Below are positions 35,787 through 43,798 of a stretch of 64,000 bases of DNA, piece by piece. Origin of the DNA: Myxococcota bacterium (lineage in GTDB: Bacteria > Myxococcota_A > Polyangia > Polyangiales > Houyiibacteriaceae); assembly GCA_039028875.1 (NCBI GenBank), contig JBCCHE010000018.1, positions 9,834 to 73,833 on the forward strand, given 5' to 3'. Position 1 is the stretch's first letter, and every line of letters starts with the position of its first letter. A program made the position numbers and the translations under genes. The notes beneath the pieces were generated by a model. It was not told the DNA's origin. It did no database searches and was given only the letters and a program-made list of their open reading frames with translations.

Positions 35787-37426
35787 CAGAGTTCTTCCTC
35801 GACTTTGCGAACGAAACGGTCAGAGGCGACGAAGGACAGAACGAATTCTTGGAAATCGTGACCCCCACCGCGGAACTCCTCGGTGACCTCGTCGAGCAGC
35901 GCGTCCTCGTACTGGGTAGGCGCGCGACCCCATGCGTAGGTGAGGAACTGCTCCACGGCGCAGGCGTCCACGTAGCCGTTGTCGACCAGAAGCGAAGAAA
36001 GCTCGGCCGGGCTCGAGAAGCCTCCAACCCCGACGATCTCCCCGTCGCCCGAGATTGTGCACTCGGGAAGCCCGTCATCGAACTCGCGAAAGCGACCGGC
36101 GATGTCGTAGTTCTCTAGTCCGAACCCGATCGGATCGACCAAGCTGTGGCACCCGGCGCAACTGCCCGATTGGTCTCGGTGCTCCGCGTATCGGTCGTAT
36201 TTGCACACCGCATCAAGGACGCCCTCGGGGGGCTGGTCGACGTCCACGTCTGGCGGGGGTCGAGGCACGTCCTCACACATGAGACGCGTGCGAACCATGA
36301 TCCCGCGCTGTGTCGGACTCGTATCCTCGAACTTGCTGAACGCGGCCAACAGGGTGCCGTGCCCCAGGATCCCGGCGCGCCCGGTCCCCTCGTACGACAC
36401 CCAACCCTCGCCGCCCTCCGGCCGGGGAAGGCCGTAGTGATCGGCGAGTGCGTCGTCGACGAAGGTCTCGCCCATCGTGAAGAGCCGGAGGTAGTTCCCG
36501 GGCTCGTCGAGGATGACACGGTCGATCAGCGCCGACGTCTCTCGGTTGAATGCGGCGACCAGCTCCGGGGGATGCGGAATCGATCGATACCCGAGCCACA
36601 TCGCGTGAAACCGTTGTAGCTGCGTGCGCGCGCGGGGGTCCTGAAGCATGCGGGCGGCTTGGTCGCGCCGGCCCTGCACCGTGTCGAGCTCACCCGCCCC
36701 TGCTGCGGCGCGAAGGGTGTCGTCGGGCATGCTGGCCCACAACAAGTACGACATCCGACTGGCGATCTCGTACGAATCGAGCTCTACGAGACCGGGCTCG
36801 GCGCCCGGACGGCCGTCTTCGATCCGATACAAGAACTCGGGGTCTTGGACGGTCGCGGAGATGGCGAGTTCCACGGCGGTGAAGAAGTCGTTCTCGACCG
36901 CGGGGTTGTTCTCTGACGCGAATGCGAGGAGCGGCAGGTAGGCGTCAACGTCCTCGCTGGTGACCGCACGTCGAAGGGCGCGCGGGAGGAACTCGTCCAA
37001 GAACGCCCGGAAGCACGCTTCGTCGCCGGAGCCCGCCGGGCTGCACGGCACCAGCGCGGCACGACGCTCGGGGGTTGCGACAGCCCGCTCCGCGACTTCT
37101 TCGGCAAGCAGCTCGAGCGAGTCGACGAGGGCCTCGGACGCTTGCTGAATGGTGTAGTCGTTGTCGAAAGGACGGAATTCGTCCTCGTTGAGCAGGCGCG
37201 ATGCCGGCGCGGTATCCTCGCCCAGGAGATCGCGCAGCGTATTGTCGAGCTCGGCCTGGGAGAGCCGTCGGGCGCCACTCTGGACGGCGAGTAACGGATC
37301 GACCGCGGGCGGCCCATCGATTCCGCCTGGACCACCGGGCCCTCCTGGATCAGCCCCTTGGCCTATCTGACCCGTGCAGGCACCTAGCGCGAAGCAGGCG
37401 AGAACGACAAAAAGACGCCGATACAC
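35786..37426 (-). CDS. DUF1587/DUF1592/DUF1595/DUF1588/DUF1585-type multi-domain lipoprotein
   Basis: ORF-track 35786..37426. Lipobox LACFALGAC. Motifs RRLSQAELDNTLRDLLG, VQDPEFLYRIE and CAGCHSLVDPIGFGLENYDIAGRFRE. Confidence 0.85.
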   Translation of the reverse strand: MYRRLFVVLACFALGACTGQIGQGADPGGPGGPGGIDGPPAVDPLLAVQSGARRLSQAELDNTLRDLLGEDTAPASRLLNEDEFRPFDNDYTIQQASEALVDSLELLAEEVAERAVATPERRAALVPCSPAGSGDEACFRAFLDEFLPRALRRAVTSEDVDAYLPLLAFASENNPAVENDFFTAVELAISATVQDPEFLYRIEDGRPGAEPGLVELDSYEIASRMSYLLWASMPDDTLRAAAGAGELDTVQGRRDQAARMLQDPRARTQLQRFHAMWLGYRSIPHPPELVAAFNRETSALIDRVILDEPGNYLRLFTMGETFVDDALADHYGLPRPEGGEGWVSYEGTGRAGILGHGTLLAAFSKFEDTSPTQRGIMVRTRLMCEDVPRPPPDVDVDQPPEGVLDAVCKYDRYAEHRDQSGSCAGCHSLVDPIGFGLENYDIAGRFREFDDGLPECTISGDGEIVGVGGFSSPAELSSLLVDNGYVDACAVEQFLTYAWGRAPTQYEDALLDEVTEEFRGGGHDFQEFVLSFVASDRFVRKVEEEL

Positions 37427-37464
37427 ACGATCAAGATTCCAGACTTCAGAGTGAGAGTCTAGAA

Positions 37465-37470
37465 ATTATA
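37465..37470 (-). promoter_or_regulatory. perfect TATAAT hexamer in a 64-bp AT-rich island upstream of CDS 35786..37426
   Basis: Plus strand reads attata at 37465-37470, about 40 nt upstream of ATG 37426. No convincing -35 element at 16-18 nt spacing. Confidence 0.25.
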
Positions 37471-37490
37471 ACCCTAAAGTGTGAAATTCG

Positions 37491-37949
37491 TTAGTGGCCT
37501 TTCCAAATCCATAGGGCGCGCAGGTGCATCGCGGCGGGCGCGGGGTCGCCACGGAGCCACGCGATCGCGCCCTTCTTGAAGCGAACCCAGGTTCCCAGTG
37601 GATCCCCGGTGGTGAGCAGGGCCAGGGTGTCGCTCATCCAGGGCTCGTGACCGACACAAGCCACAGACCGACCTTCGAGGCTGGCGAAGAAGCTCGGCTC
37701 AGGCGCTTGGGCCAAGCCGGCCGTTTGCACGACGGGGCCGACCGTGACCGGATCGAGAAGGGCCGCGGTCTGCGCGGCGCGCACCCAGGGGCTCGTGTAC
37801 ACGCGATCGAACTGAATGTCGGCGCGCTGAAGGTCGGCCACCATTTGCGTAAACCGTTGCCGGCCGACGTCGGTGAGGGCGCGTTCATGGTCGGGCAAAC
37901 CGGCTCGACGCTCTTCTGCGATCGCATGGCGGATCAGGAACACATCCAT
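37491..37949 (-). CDS. sixA: phosphohistidine phosphatase SixA (histidine phosphatase superfamily)
   Basis: ORF-track 37491..37949. Catalytic motifs FLIRHAIAE and VGHEP. About 150 aa, typical of SixA. Confidence 0.8.
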   Translation of the reverse strand: MDVFLIRHAIAEERRAGLPDHERALTDVGRQRFTQMVADLQRADIQFDRVYTSPWVRAAQTAALLDPVTVGPVVQTAGLAQAPEPSFFASLEGRSVACVGHEPWMSDTLALLTTGDPLGTWVRFKKGAIAWLRGDPAPAAMHLRALWIWKGH

Positions 37950-37955
37950 GACAGC

Positions 37956-39449
37956 TCACTCTGCCCCGTGGGTTTCGAGTCTGAAGCCGACAGCCTTGAG
38001 GAGCTTCTGCTCACGTTCTAGGTCGGCGTCAACCAAGGGGTGAGAGGCGAGCCAGCTCGGCTCGAAGTCGAGCTCGAGCTTGTTGTCTTTCGCGGAAATC
38101 TTGGGAACAGGCACGTTTTCCGGGTCGCGGGTGCGGTTGAGCAAGACGGAGAGCCGAAGGAGCACCGTAAGGCGCTTGGCGGCGCGACGAAGCTCCCGCG
38201 GAAGCGTGTCGAAGAAGCTGTCGTCGAGCTTGCGGCGGTGCCCGCGGATCAACGTCGCCACGAGCTGCTGCTCGTCGCGCGAAAACCCGGGCAAGTCAGA
38301 CGACGCCACCAGATAGGCGCCGTGCTTGTGGTGCCCCGTGTAGTTCACCGCGAGACCGATTTCGTGAAGCTGCGCTCCCCAGGTGAGTGCGTGCACCATG
38401 TCGGGCGAGTCTTTTCCCCACTCGTCGGCCAACTGTTCGAGCAAGGCCAATGCCGTCGCTTGCACGCGGTCTGCGTGATCCTGGTCGATCGAGTAGCGGC
38501 TCGAGAGCATGGCGATCGTCCGGTCGCGGGGATCCTCGTCCTGGATCCGACCGATCATGTCGTAGATCAGGCCCTCGCGAAGTGCGGTGGGCGAGACCCA
38601 CATCTCGTCGATCGCCAGCCGGTCGAAGACCGCACTGAGAATGGCAACGCCGCCCGGAAAGACCGCTCGTCGGTCGGGATCGAGGCCGGGGAGCTCGAGG
38701 CGGTCCAAGCGTCCGGTGGTGATCATCGCTTGCTCGAGCTTCGTCAGGCCCTCTGCCGTGATCGTGCCGTGGGCCCAGCCCGCCTCTTCGAGGATTGCGG
38801 CGACCGCCCGTATCGTGCCGGACGCCCCGATGGCCCGTTCCCATCCGTACTGACGGAGCGTGGCGCGCACCGGTTGGAGTTCGAGGGAAGCCGCGAGCTT
38901 CGCGTGGTTGAAGCGCTTGCGGCTGACCTTCCCCTCCGAAAAGAACTGCGTGGTGAAACCGACGCAGCCCATGTAGAGCGAGTGAACCGCGACGGCTTCG
39001 AAACTGTCGCCAACGATGCACTCGGTACTGCCGCCGCCGATATCGACGACGAGGCGCCGAGCAGGCGCGCCGGCGATCCCGTGCGACACGCCAAGGTAGA
39101 TCAGCCTGGCCTCCTCACGGCCCGGGATGATCTCGATCTGGTGACCGAGCGCAGTACTCGCGTCATCTAAGAACTCCCGGGCGTTCTTGGCCTTTCGGAG
39201 GGTATTGGTGCCGACCGCACGAACTTGGTCGGCGCCGAAGTCTCGGAGTCGCTGACCGAAACGGGTAAGCGCTTCGTGGGCCCGTTGTTGAGACTCTTCA
39301 TCGAGGCCGCCATCGTCCTGGAGGCCGGCCGCGAGCCGGACCGGCTCTCGAAGGCGATCGACGATCTGTAGGCTGTCGTGGTCGAGCCGCGCGATCACCA
39401 TGTGGAAGCTGTTCGACCCCAGGTCGACTGCCGCGAGCGACTCCATCAA
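37956..39449 (-). CDS. ppx: exopolyphosphatase / guanosine pentaphosphate phosphohydrolase (Ppx/GppA family)
   Basis: ORF-track 37956..39449. Motifs AAVDLGSNSFHMVIARL and VDIGGGSTE. HD-like C-terminal half (LHEIGLAVNYTGHHKHGAY). Confidence 0.9.
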   Translation of the reverse strand: MMESLAAVDLGSNSFHMVIARLDHDSLQIVDRLREPVRLAAGLQDDGGLDEESQQRAHEALTRFGQRLRDFGADQVRAVGTNTLRKAKNAREFLDDASTALGHQIEIIPGREEARLIYLGVSHGIAGAPARRLVVDIGGGSTECIVGDSFEAVAVHSLYMGCVGFTTQFFSEGKVSRKRFNHAKLAASLELQPVRATLRQYGWERAIGASGTIRAVAAILEEAGWAHGTITAEGLTKLEQAMITTGRLDRLELPGLDPDRRAVFPGGVAILSAVFDRLAIDEMWVSPTALREGLIYDMIGRIQDEDPRDRTIAMLSSRYSIDQDHADRVQATALALLEQLADEWGKDSPDMVHALTWGAQLHEIGLAVNYTGHHKHGAYLVASSDLPGFSRDEQQLVATLIRGHRRKLDDSFFDTLPRELRRAAKRLTVLLRLSVLLNRTRDPENVPVPKISAKDNKLELDFEPSWLASHPLVDADLEREQKLLKAVGFRLETHGAE

Positions 39450-39464
39450 CGAGCTTACTTTACC

Positions 39465-40292
39465 TTAGTTTGCGGCGGACGCCGCTGCTTTTCGGAGCCA
39501 GTCGCCAGTAGCATCATCGGCGGGGAAATACGACTCGATCCGCAGCTCCTGCGCGGTGACGTCCATCGGTGTGCCCAAAGTCGTGAGGGTCGTGAAGAAC
39601 TCCAACTGCACGTCTCCCTTCTTCAACTTGACCGTGATGCAAACCTCCGGGGTGCGTGCGAGGTCCACGTTGCGAAGTTTCGTGGACACGCCTGGATACT
39701 CGAGCAGCGCGTCCACGAGTTTTCGGATCTCGCTCGTCTCGAGCTCGACGATCGACTCTCGGTAGAGACGATCAAGCAAGATCCCGGCGACTTCTTCCCA
39801 GTTGACGACGAAGGGTCGGACTCCGGCGGGGTGGAACAGAGAGTGCACTACGTTCTGCATGATGATCGGATCGATGGGTGGCGTATCGAAGAAGAGCGTC
39901 ATCAGTCGCGCGAACGCCTGGTTCATGTTCAACAGGTCCCAGGTCCGCGAGAGAACGACGGCCGGGTAAGGCTCGTGATGCGCGAGCATCGCGTCGAACG
40001 CGCGACGGACGGGCTGCATCTCGGGTGCAGCCAGGTTGCTCTCCCGGTAGACCGGCGCGAAGCCGGCCGCGGAGAGGAGGGAGTTGCGCTCGCGCAGCGG
40101 GAGGTCGAGCGCGCTCGCCAGGATGAGGACCATCTCGCGGCTCGGTGAAGACTTCCCGTTCTCGACATAGGAGATGTGTCGCGTCGAGACCTCGGACTCG
40201 ATCGCCAACTGCTGCTGGCTCATGCGCCGGGCCGTGCGCCATTGGCGCAAGAGCGGCCCGAACCCGGTCGGGGCCACGTTGAGAGAGGACAT
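39465..40292 (-). CDS. XRE-family HTH regulator with MmyB-like ligand-binding domain
   Basis: ORF-track 39465..40292. HTH segment LRQWRTARRMSQQQLAIESEVSTRHISYVENGKSSPSREMVL, followed by an MmyB-like C-terminal domain. Confidence 0.85.
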   Translation of the reverse strand: MSSLNVAPTGFGPLLRQWRTARRMSQQQLAIESEVSTRHISYVENGKSSPSREMVLILASALDLPLRERNSLLSAAGFAPVYRESNLAAPEMQPVRRAFDAMLAHHEPYPAVVLSRTWDLLNMNQAFARLMTLFFDTPPIDPIIMQNVVHSLFHPAGVRPFVVNWEEVAGILLDRLYRESIVELETSEIRKLVDALLEYPGVSTKLRNVDLARTPEVCITVKLKKGDVQLEFFTTLTTLGTPMDVTAQELRIESYFPADDATGDWLRKAAASAAN

Positions 40293-40323
40293 AGCGCGAG
40301 TTTACCTTCTTCTTTCAGGCAGC

Positions 40324-40344
40324 CCATGACCTCCGAGGTCATGG
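40324..40344. promoter_or_regulatory. 21-bp palindrome CCATGACCTC-C-GAGGTCATGG, operator candidate for the MmyB-like regulator
   Basis: Perfect 10-bp arms read directly from the sequence. Lies in the 100-bp divergent region between 40292 (regulator start) and 40393. Confidence 0.5.
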
Positions 40345-40392
40345 CTGAACGCGCGAGACGGGCCCAAACTGATCCGAAACAAGGAGGTAGCC

Positions 40393-40719
40393 ATGAAATT
40401 ACAGAACTTTTTCCTGATCGCAGTCTTCGTCGTGTTCACCGGGTACTCCGCGACGGTGGTGATCGACCACGGCGTCACCGGGTTCGTTGACGTGGCGATG
40501 GCCGGCGGATGGGCGCTCCAGATCCTCATCGACCTTTGCATCGCGCTGACGGCGTTCATGGTCTGGATGTTCGGCGACGCCAAGGAACGCGGGATCGCCG
40601 CGTGGCCCTACGCGATCGGAATCGTCTGTACGGGATCGGTGGCCGCGCTCGCCTACTTGGTGCACCGCTCGTTTCGGGAACGGAGTGGCGCAACGGGCGC
40701 TCGACCCGCGCACGCCTAG
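40393..40719 (+). CDS. small integral membrane protein (108 aa)
   Basis: ORF-track 40393..40719. AAGGAGG lies 6 nt upstream of the ATG. Three to four hydrophobic helices. Confidence 0.65.
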   Translation: MKLQNFFLIAVFVVFTGYSATVVIDHGVTGFVDVAMAGGWALQILIDLCIALTAFMVWMFGDAKERGIAAWPYAIGIVCTGSVAALAYLVHRSFRERSGATGARPAHA

Positions 40720-40734
40720 TCCGGCGCGTCCTAC

Positions 40735-43716
40735 CTAGCGCTCCATGTAGCCAATGGCTTCGAGGTGTGCGGCGACATCTTCGTCGAGGGCGACCGAGTC
40801 GGCGACCGCCGCGCCCTCCCCGGCTTGTGCCCGCTGCCGGACCAACGTCTTGGTCGCCGCCACGACGTCGCTGGCCTGGCTCTCGGCCAGGTTGCGGGTC
40901 TCGCCGGGATCCAGATCGACACGGTAGAGCTCCACGGGATCGAGCCCGCGCGGGTTCTTCGGGTTGGCGGTGATCAGTTTGAACTCGTCAGTCCCACGGA
41001 GCTCACGGACCGATTCGAGCACGTTCCCCTCGTGACTCTCTTCCGCGTAGATCACATCGGTACCGGTGAAGGCGTCGCCACCCTGGACCTCATCGGGCAC
41101 ATCGAGATCGAGAAGCCCGAGCACGGTCGGCATCAAATCGATGCTCTGCACCCAATGACGAACGGCCGTCCCGCCACGTCGCGCGCCCGGAAGTTTCACG
41201 AAAAGCGGAACGTGGACCTGCTCGTCGTAGAGGGTCGTGCCATGCCAAAAGCCTCCGTGGTCATCGAACTCTTCCCCGTGGTCGCTCGTCACCACGATGG
41301 TGAGGTCGTCGTAGAGACCGCGTTCCCGTAGCGCGTCGAGGAGTCTCCCGAACTGGGCGTCCCAGTAGGTGATCTCCCCGTCGTAGAGGGCACGTAGGGC
41401 GGGCGCTTCCGAGGGCTTGGGATGCTGGTGCGCCGCCCGGGCGTAGCCGCTGCCATCATACGGATGCACAAAGTAGGGATCATGCGGATCCATGTAGCCC
41501 ACAAACAGAAACCACGGGGCGGCGGAATCGGTACCGCGGTCGATCCAACCGAGCAGCGCCCGATTCACGGTTTCGGCATCTTGATACGCTGTGCCCGGCA
41601 AGACGTCGCCGCGGCCAGCACGGTACCGTTCGATGCGCTGCCGAATGAACTGCATGAGGAGTAGCTTGGCGCTTGCATCGTCGGCGCCGAGGACGAACTC
41701 CGGCTCGAGGAAGTAGTACTCGTCAAAGCCTTGTTGGAAGTTGAAGTACGGCGCGACGTTAAAGTTCGTCGCGTACCCGGCGGTCCGGTACCCGGCCGGC
41801 TGGAGGACCTCTGGCAGCGTGGTGACGGATCCCGGGAGCGCATCGCTCTTGGCCATCACACCGTGGCTCGAGGGCAATCGGCCGGTGAGGATCGATGCGA
41901 AGCTCGGGCGAGTCCAACTGGCATTGGTGAACGCTTGATCGAACCGGACGGAGTCCTCCGCGAACCGATCGAGGTTCGGTGTCGCACCGCCTTGATATCC
42001 GTACCCCGGCAAGTGATCGGCACGGAGGGTGTCGACGACGATGAAAAGGACGTTCGACTGTGCACCGGCATCGACGGCGCCGGCGGTCGCCGAGACTGAC
42101 CCTTCGGTGTCCGTCGCGAAGCGCATGTTCACCAGAAGGGCAACGCCCAGCACCCCCAGCACGCCGAATGCGACCGGCACCCGCATGAGCCTGCCGAGAG
42201 CCGGCCGTGAGACCAGCGCCCGCAGCACCCAAGCGAACGCGGCGCTCAGGAGTGCAACAACGACAGCGCAACCGACCAACACGCCGAGCCCGAGAACGCT
42301 CTTCCATACGAGCTCTTCATGGAAGACATCGCGACGGAGCCGAAACGCGGAGAGCGCAAACAAGAATATCCCAAACACCGTCGCCGCGAAGTAGGAGAAC
42401 GCGTCACCGTCAGGCAACGCGCGCCGCTTCATCAAACGTCCGCTCGTCGCCGAGGCGAGTCCGAGGCCGGCGCCCACAAGCGCGCAGAGCACACCGTAGG
42501 CCACGGGGCCATAGAGGAAGACGCGGGCACCCGTCGAACCGGCAGACGAGCTCGCGATCGCAATCGCCTCGGCGATCCCGACGCCCAAACCTGCAACCAC
42601 GCCCGCGCTCAACCCGAGCGCCATGCCGCGCAGGGGCCTGGGCCAAGCCTCGGGAGGTGCCTTCTCGATCGCGTCCGTTGCGAGCCGCTCGCGATCGGGA
42701 TCTTCGACTCGGATCTTCGGGTCGTAGCCTGACTTCCGGAGCAAGAAGATGGCGCCCCCGAATGCCGAAACGAACATCTCGCAGGCAAAGCCGAGCGTGG
42801 GAATGAGGACTGCGACGGCAAGCGGCAAACCGACTGCGGGTGACGTGTACAAGGCGACCGCAGCGGCCTCGCGAAGCCCGATGCCGTTGATCGACGCCGG
42901 GACCAGGGTGGCCAGGATCTGCAGGGAGGAGGCAAAGAACACTTCGCCGAGGCTCAGTTCGACGCCGAGGGCGCGGGCCGCGCACACGTAGATGAGGTTG
43001 TTGAACGCGTGCGTTCCGACCCCGAGCGCCGCCGCCTGGATCAGCAGCCCCGCTTTGCCCCGATACGCGGCCACCGCATCGATGAGGGTCTGGATGCGGG
43101 CACGAATCCCGGCTGGAACGAAGCGTGCGAAGAAAAGAAAGAGCTGGGGTTGGGCCAGAAACGCCAAGCCGACCACGATGATCCCGACAAAAACCCCGTT
43201 GACGAGGAGCACGCCTTCGGTGCCGATGAAGCGCATGCCGAAGAGGCTCCCGAGCATCACGACAACCCCGAACGCGAGCTGGCCGAGAATCATCTCCACG
43301 CCGATGGTCGCGGTGGCGCGGGCGGTCTTCCCGGTGTGCTTTGCCACGTCGTAGATCCGCCAACCTCCAAAGCCCGTAAAACCACCGGGCGTGAAGGCGC
43401 CCCAGAAGCGCGCGATCATGATCGACCCGCCAAGGAAACGCCACGACGCGAAGATTCCCTGCCCGACCAACAGGCGCTGCCAACGGACGGTGCTGAACCC
43501 AATCGCGATCAGCTGCATCAAGACGGCGGCCGCAACCCAGCCCCATTCGAGATCCGCAAGACGGGCGACGAGATCGTCGGCGCCATCGCGGCGTATGACC
43601 TTGCGGAAAATGAACGCCAGCATGCCGACCGAAAAGATCAGCTTGGCTGCGAACAAGAGCAGTTTCTTTGGGTTCTCGCGCACGGTTCCCCTCGTCGGCT
43701 GCCGTAACCGTTGCAC
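40735..43716 (-). CDS. fusion: flippase-like (lysyl-PG-synthase TM-region type) domain, additional TM block, and sulfatase-fold phosphotransferase-like domain
   Basis: ORF-track 40735..43716 (GTG start; an alternative GTG is at 43683). N-terminal half is polytopic. C-terminal motifs NVLFIVVDTLRADH, SWTRPSFASILTG (Thr at the nucleophile position) and VVTSDHGEEFDDHGGFWHG. Confidence 0.8.
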   Translation of the reverse strand: MQRLRQPTRGTVRENPKKLLLFAAKLIFSVGMLAFIFRKVIRRDGADDLVARLADLEWGWVAAAVLMQLIAIGFSTVRWQRLLVGQGIFASWRFLGGSIMIARFWGAFTPGGFTGFGGWRIYDVAKHTGKTARATATIGVEMILGQLAFGVVVMLGSLFGMRFIGTEGVLLVNGVFVGIIVVGLAFLAQPQLFLFFARFVPAGIRARIQTLIDAVAAYRGKAGLLIQAAALGVGTHAFNNLIYVCAARALGVELSLGEVFFASSLQILATLVPASINGIGLREAAAVALYTSPAVGLPLAVAVLIPTLGFACEMFVSAFGGAIFLLRKSGYDPKIRVEDPDRERLATDAIEKAPPEAWPRPLRGMALGLSAGVVAGLGVGIAEAIAIASSSAGSTGARVFLYGPVAYGVLCALVGAGLGLASATSGRLMKRRALPDGDAFSYFAATVFGIFLFALSAFRLRRDVFHEELVWKSVLGLGVLVGCAVVVALLSAAFAWVLRALVSRPALGRLMRVPVAFGVLGVLGVALLVNMRFATDTEGSVSATAGAVDAGAQSNVLFIVVDTLRADHLPGYGYQGGATPNLDRFAEDSVRFDQAFTNASWTRPSFASILTGRLPSSHGVMAKSDALPGSVTTLPEVLQPAGYRTAGYATNFNVAPYFNFQQGFDEYYFLEPEFVLGADDASAKLLLMQFIRQRIERYRAGRGDVLPGTAYQDAETVNRALLGWIDRGTDSAAPWFLFVGYMDPHDPYFVHPYDGSGYARAAHQHPKPSEAPALRALYDGEITYWDAQFGRLLDALRERGLYDDLTIVVTSDHGEEFDDHGGFWHGTTLYDEQVHVPLFVKLPGARRGGTAVRHWVQSIDLMPTVLGLLDLDVPDEVQGGDAFTGTDVIYAEESHEGNVLESVRELRGTDEFKLITANPKNPRGLDPVELYRVDLDPGETRNLAESQASDVVAATKTLVRQRAQAGEGAAVADSVALDEDVAAHLEAIGYMER

Positions 43717-43798
43717 GCAAAAGGGTCAAATTGGCGGCTCGGAGCGGCCGCGCCGGCACTTAGTTGCGCGGACGGACGGTGGTTGGTAGCGACGCAGC

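Noticed and set aside
43755-43767. Sigma-54-like GGCAC-N4-TTGC upstream of the FG-GAP gene
   Set aside because: The GG-to-GC spacing is 9 nt instead of the required 10, and the T before GG is missing. It probably arose by chance.
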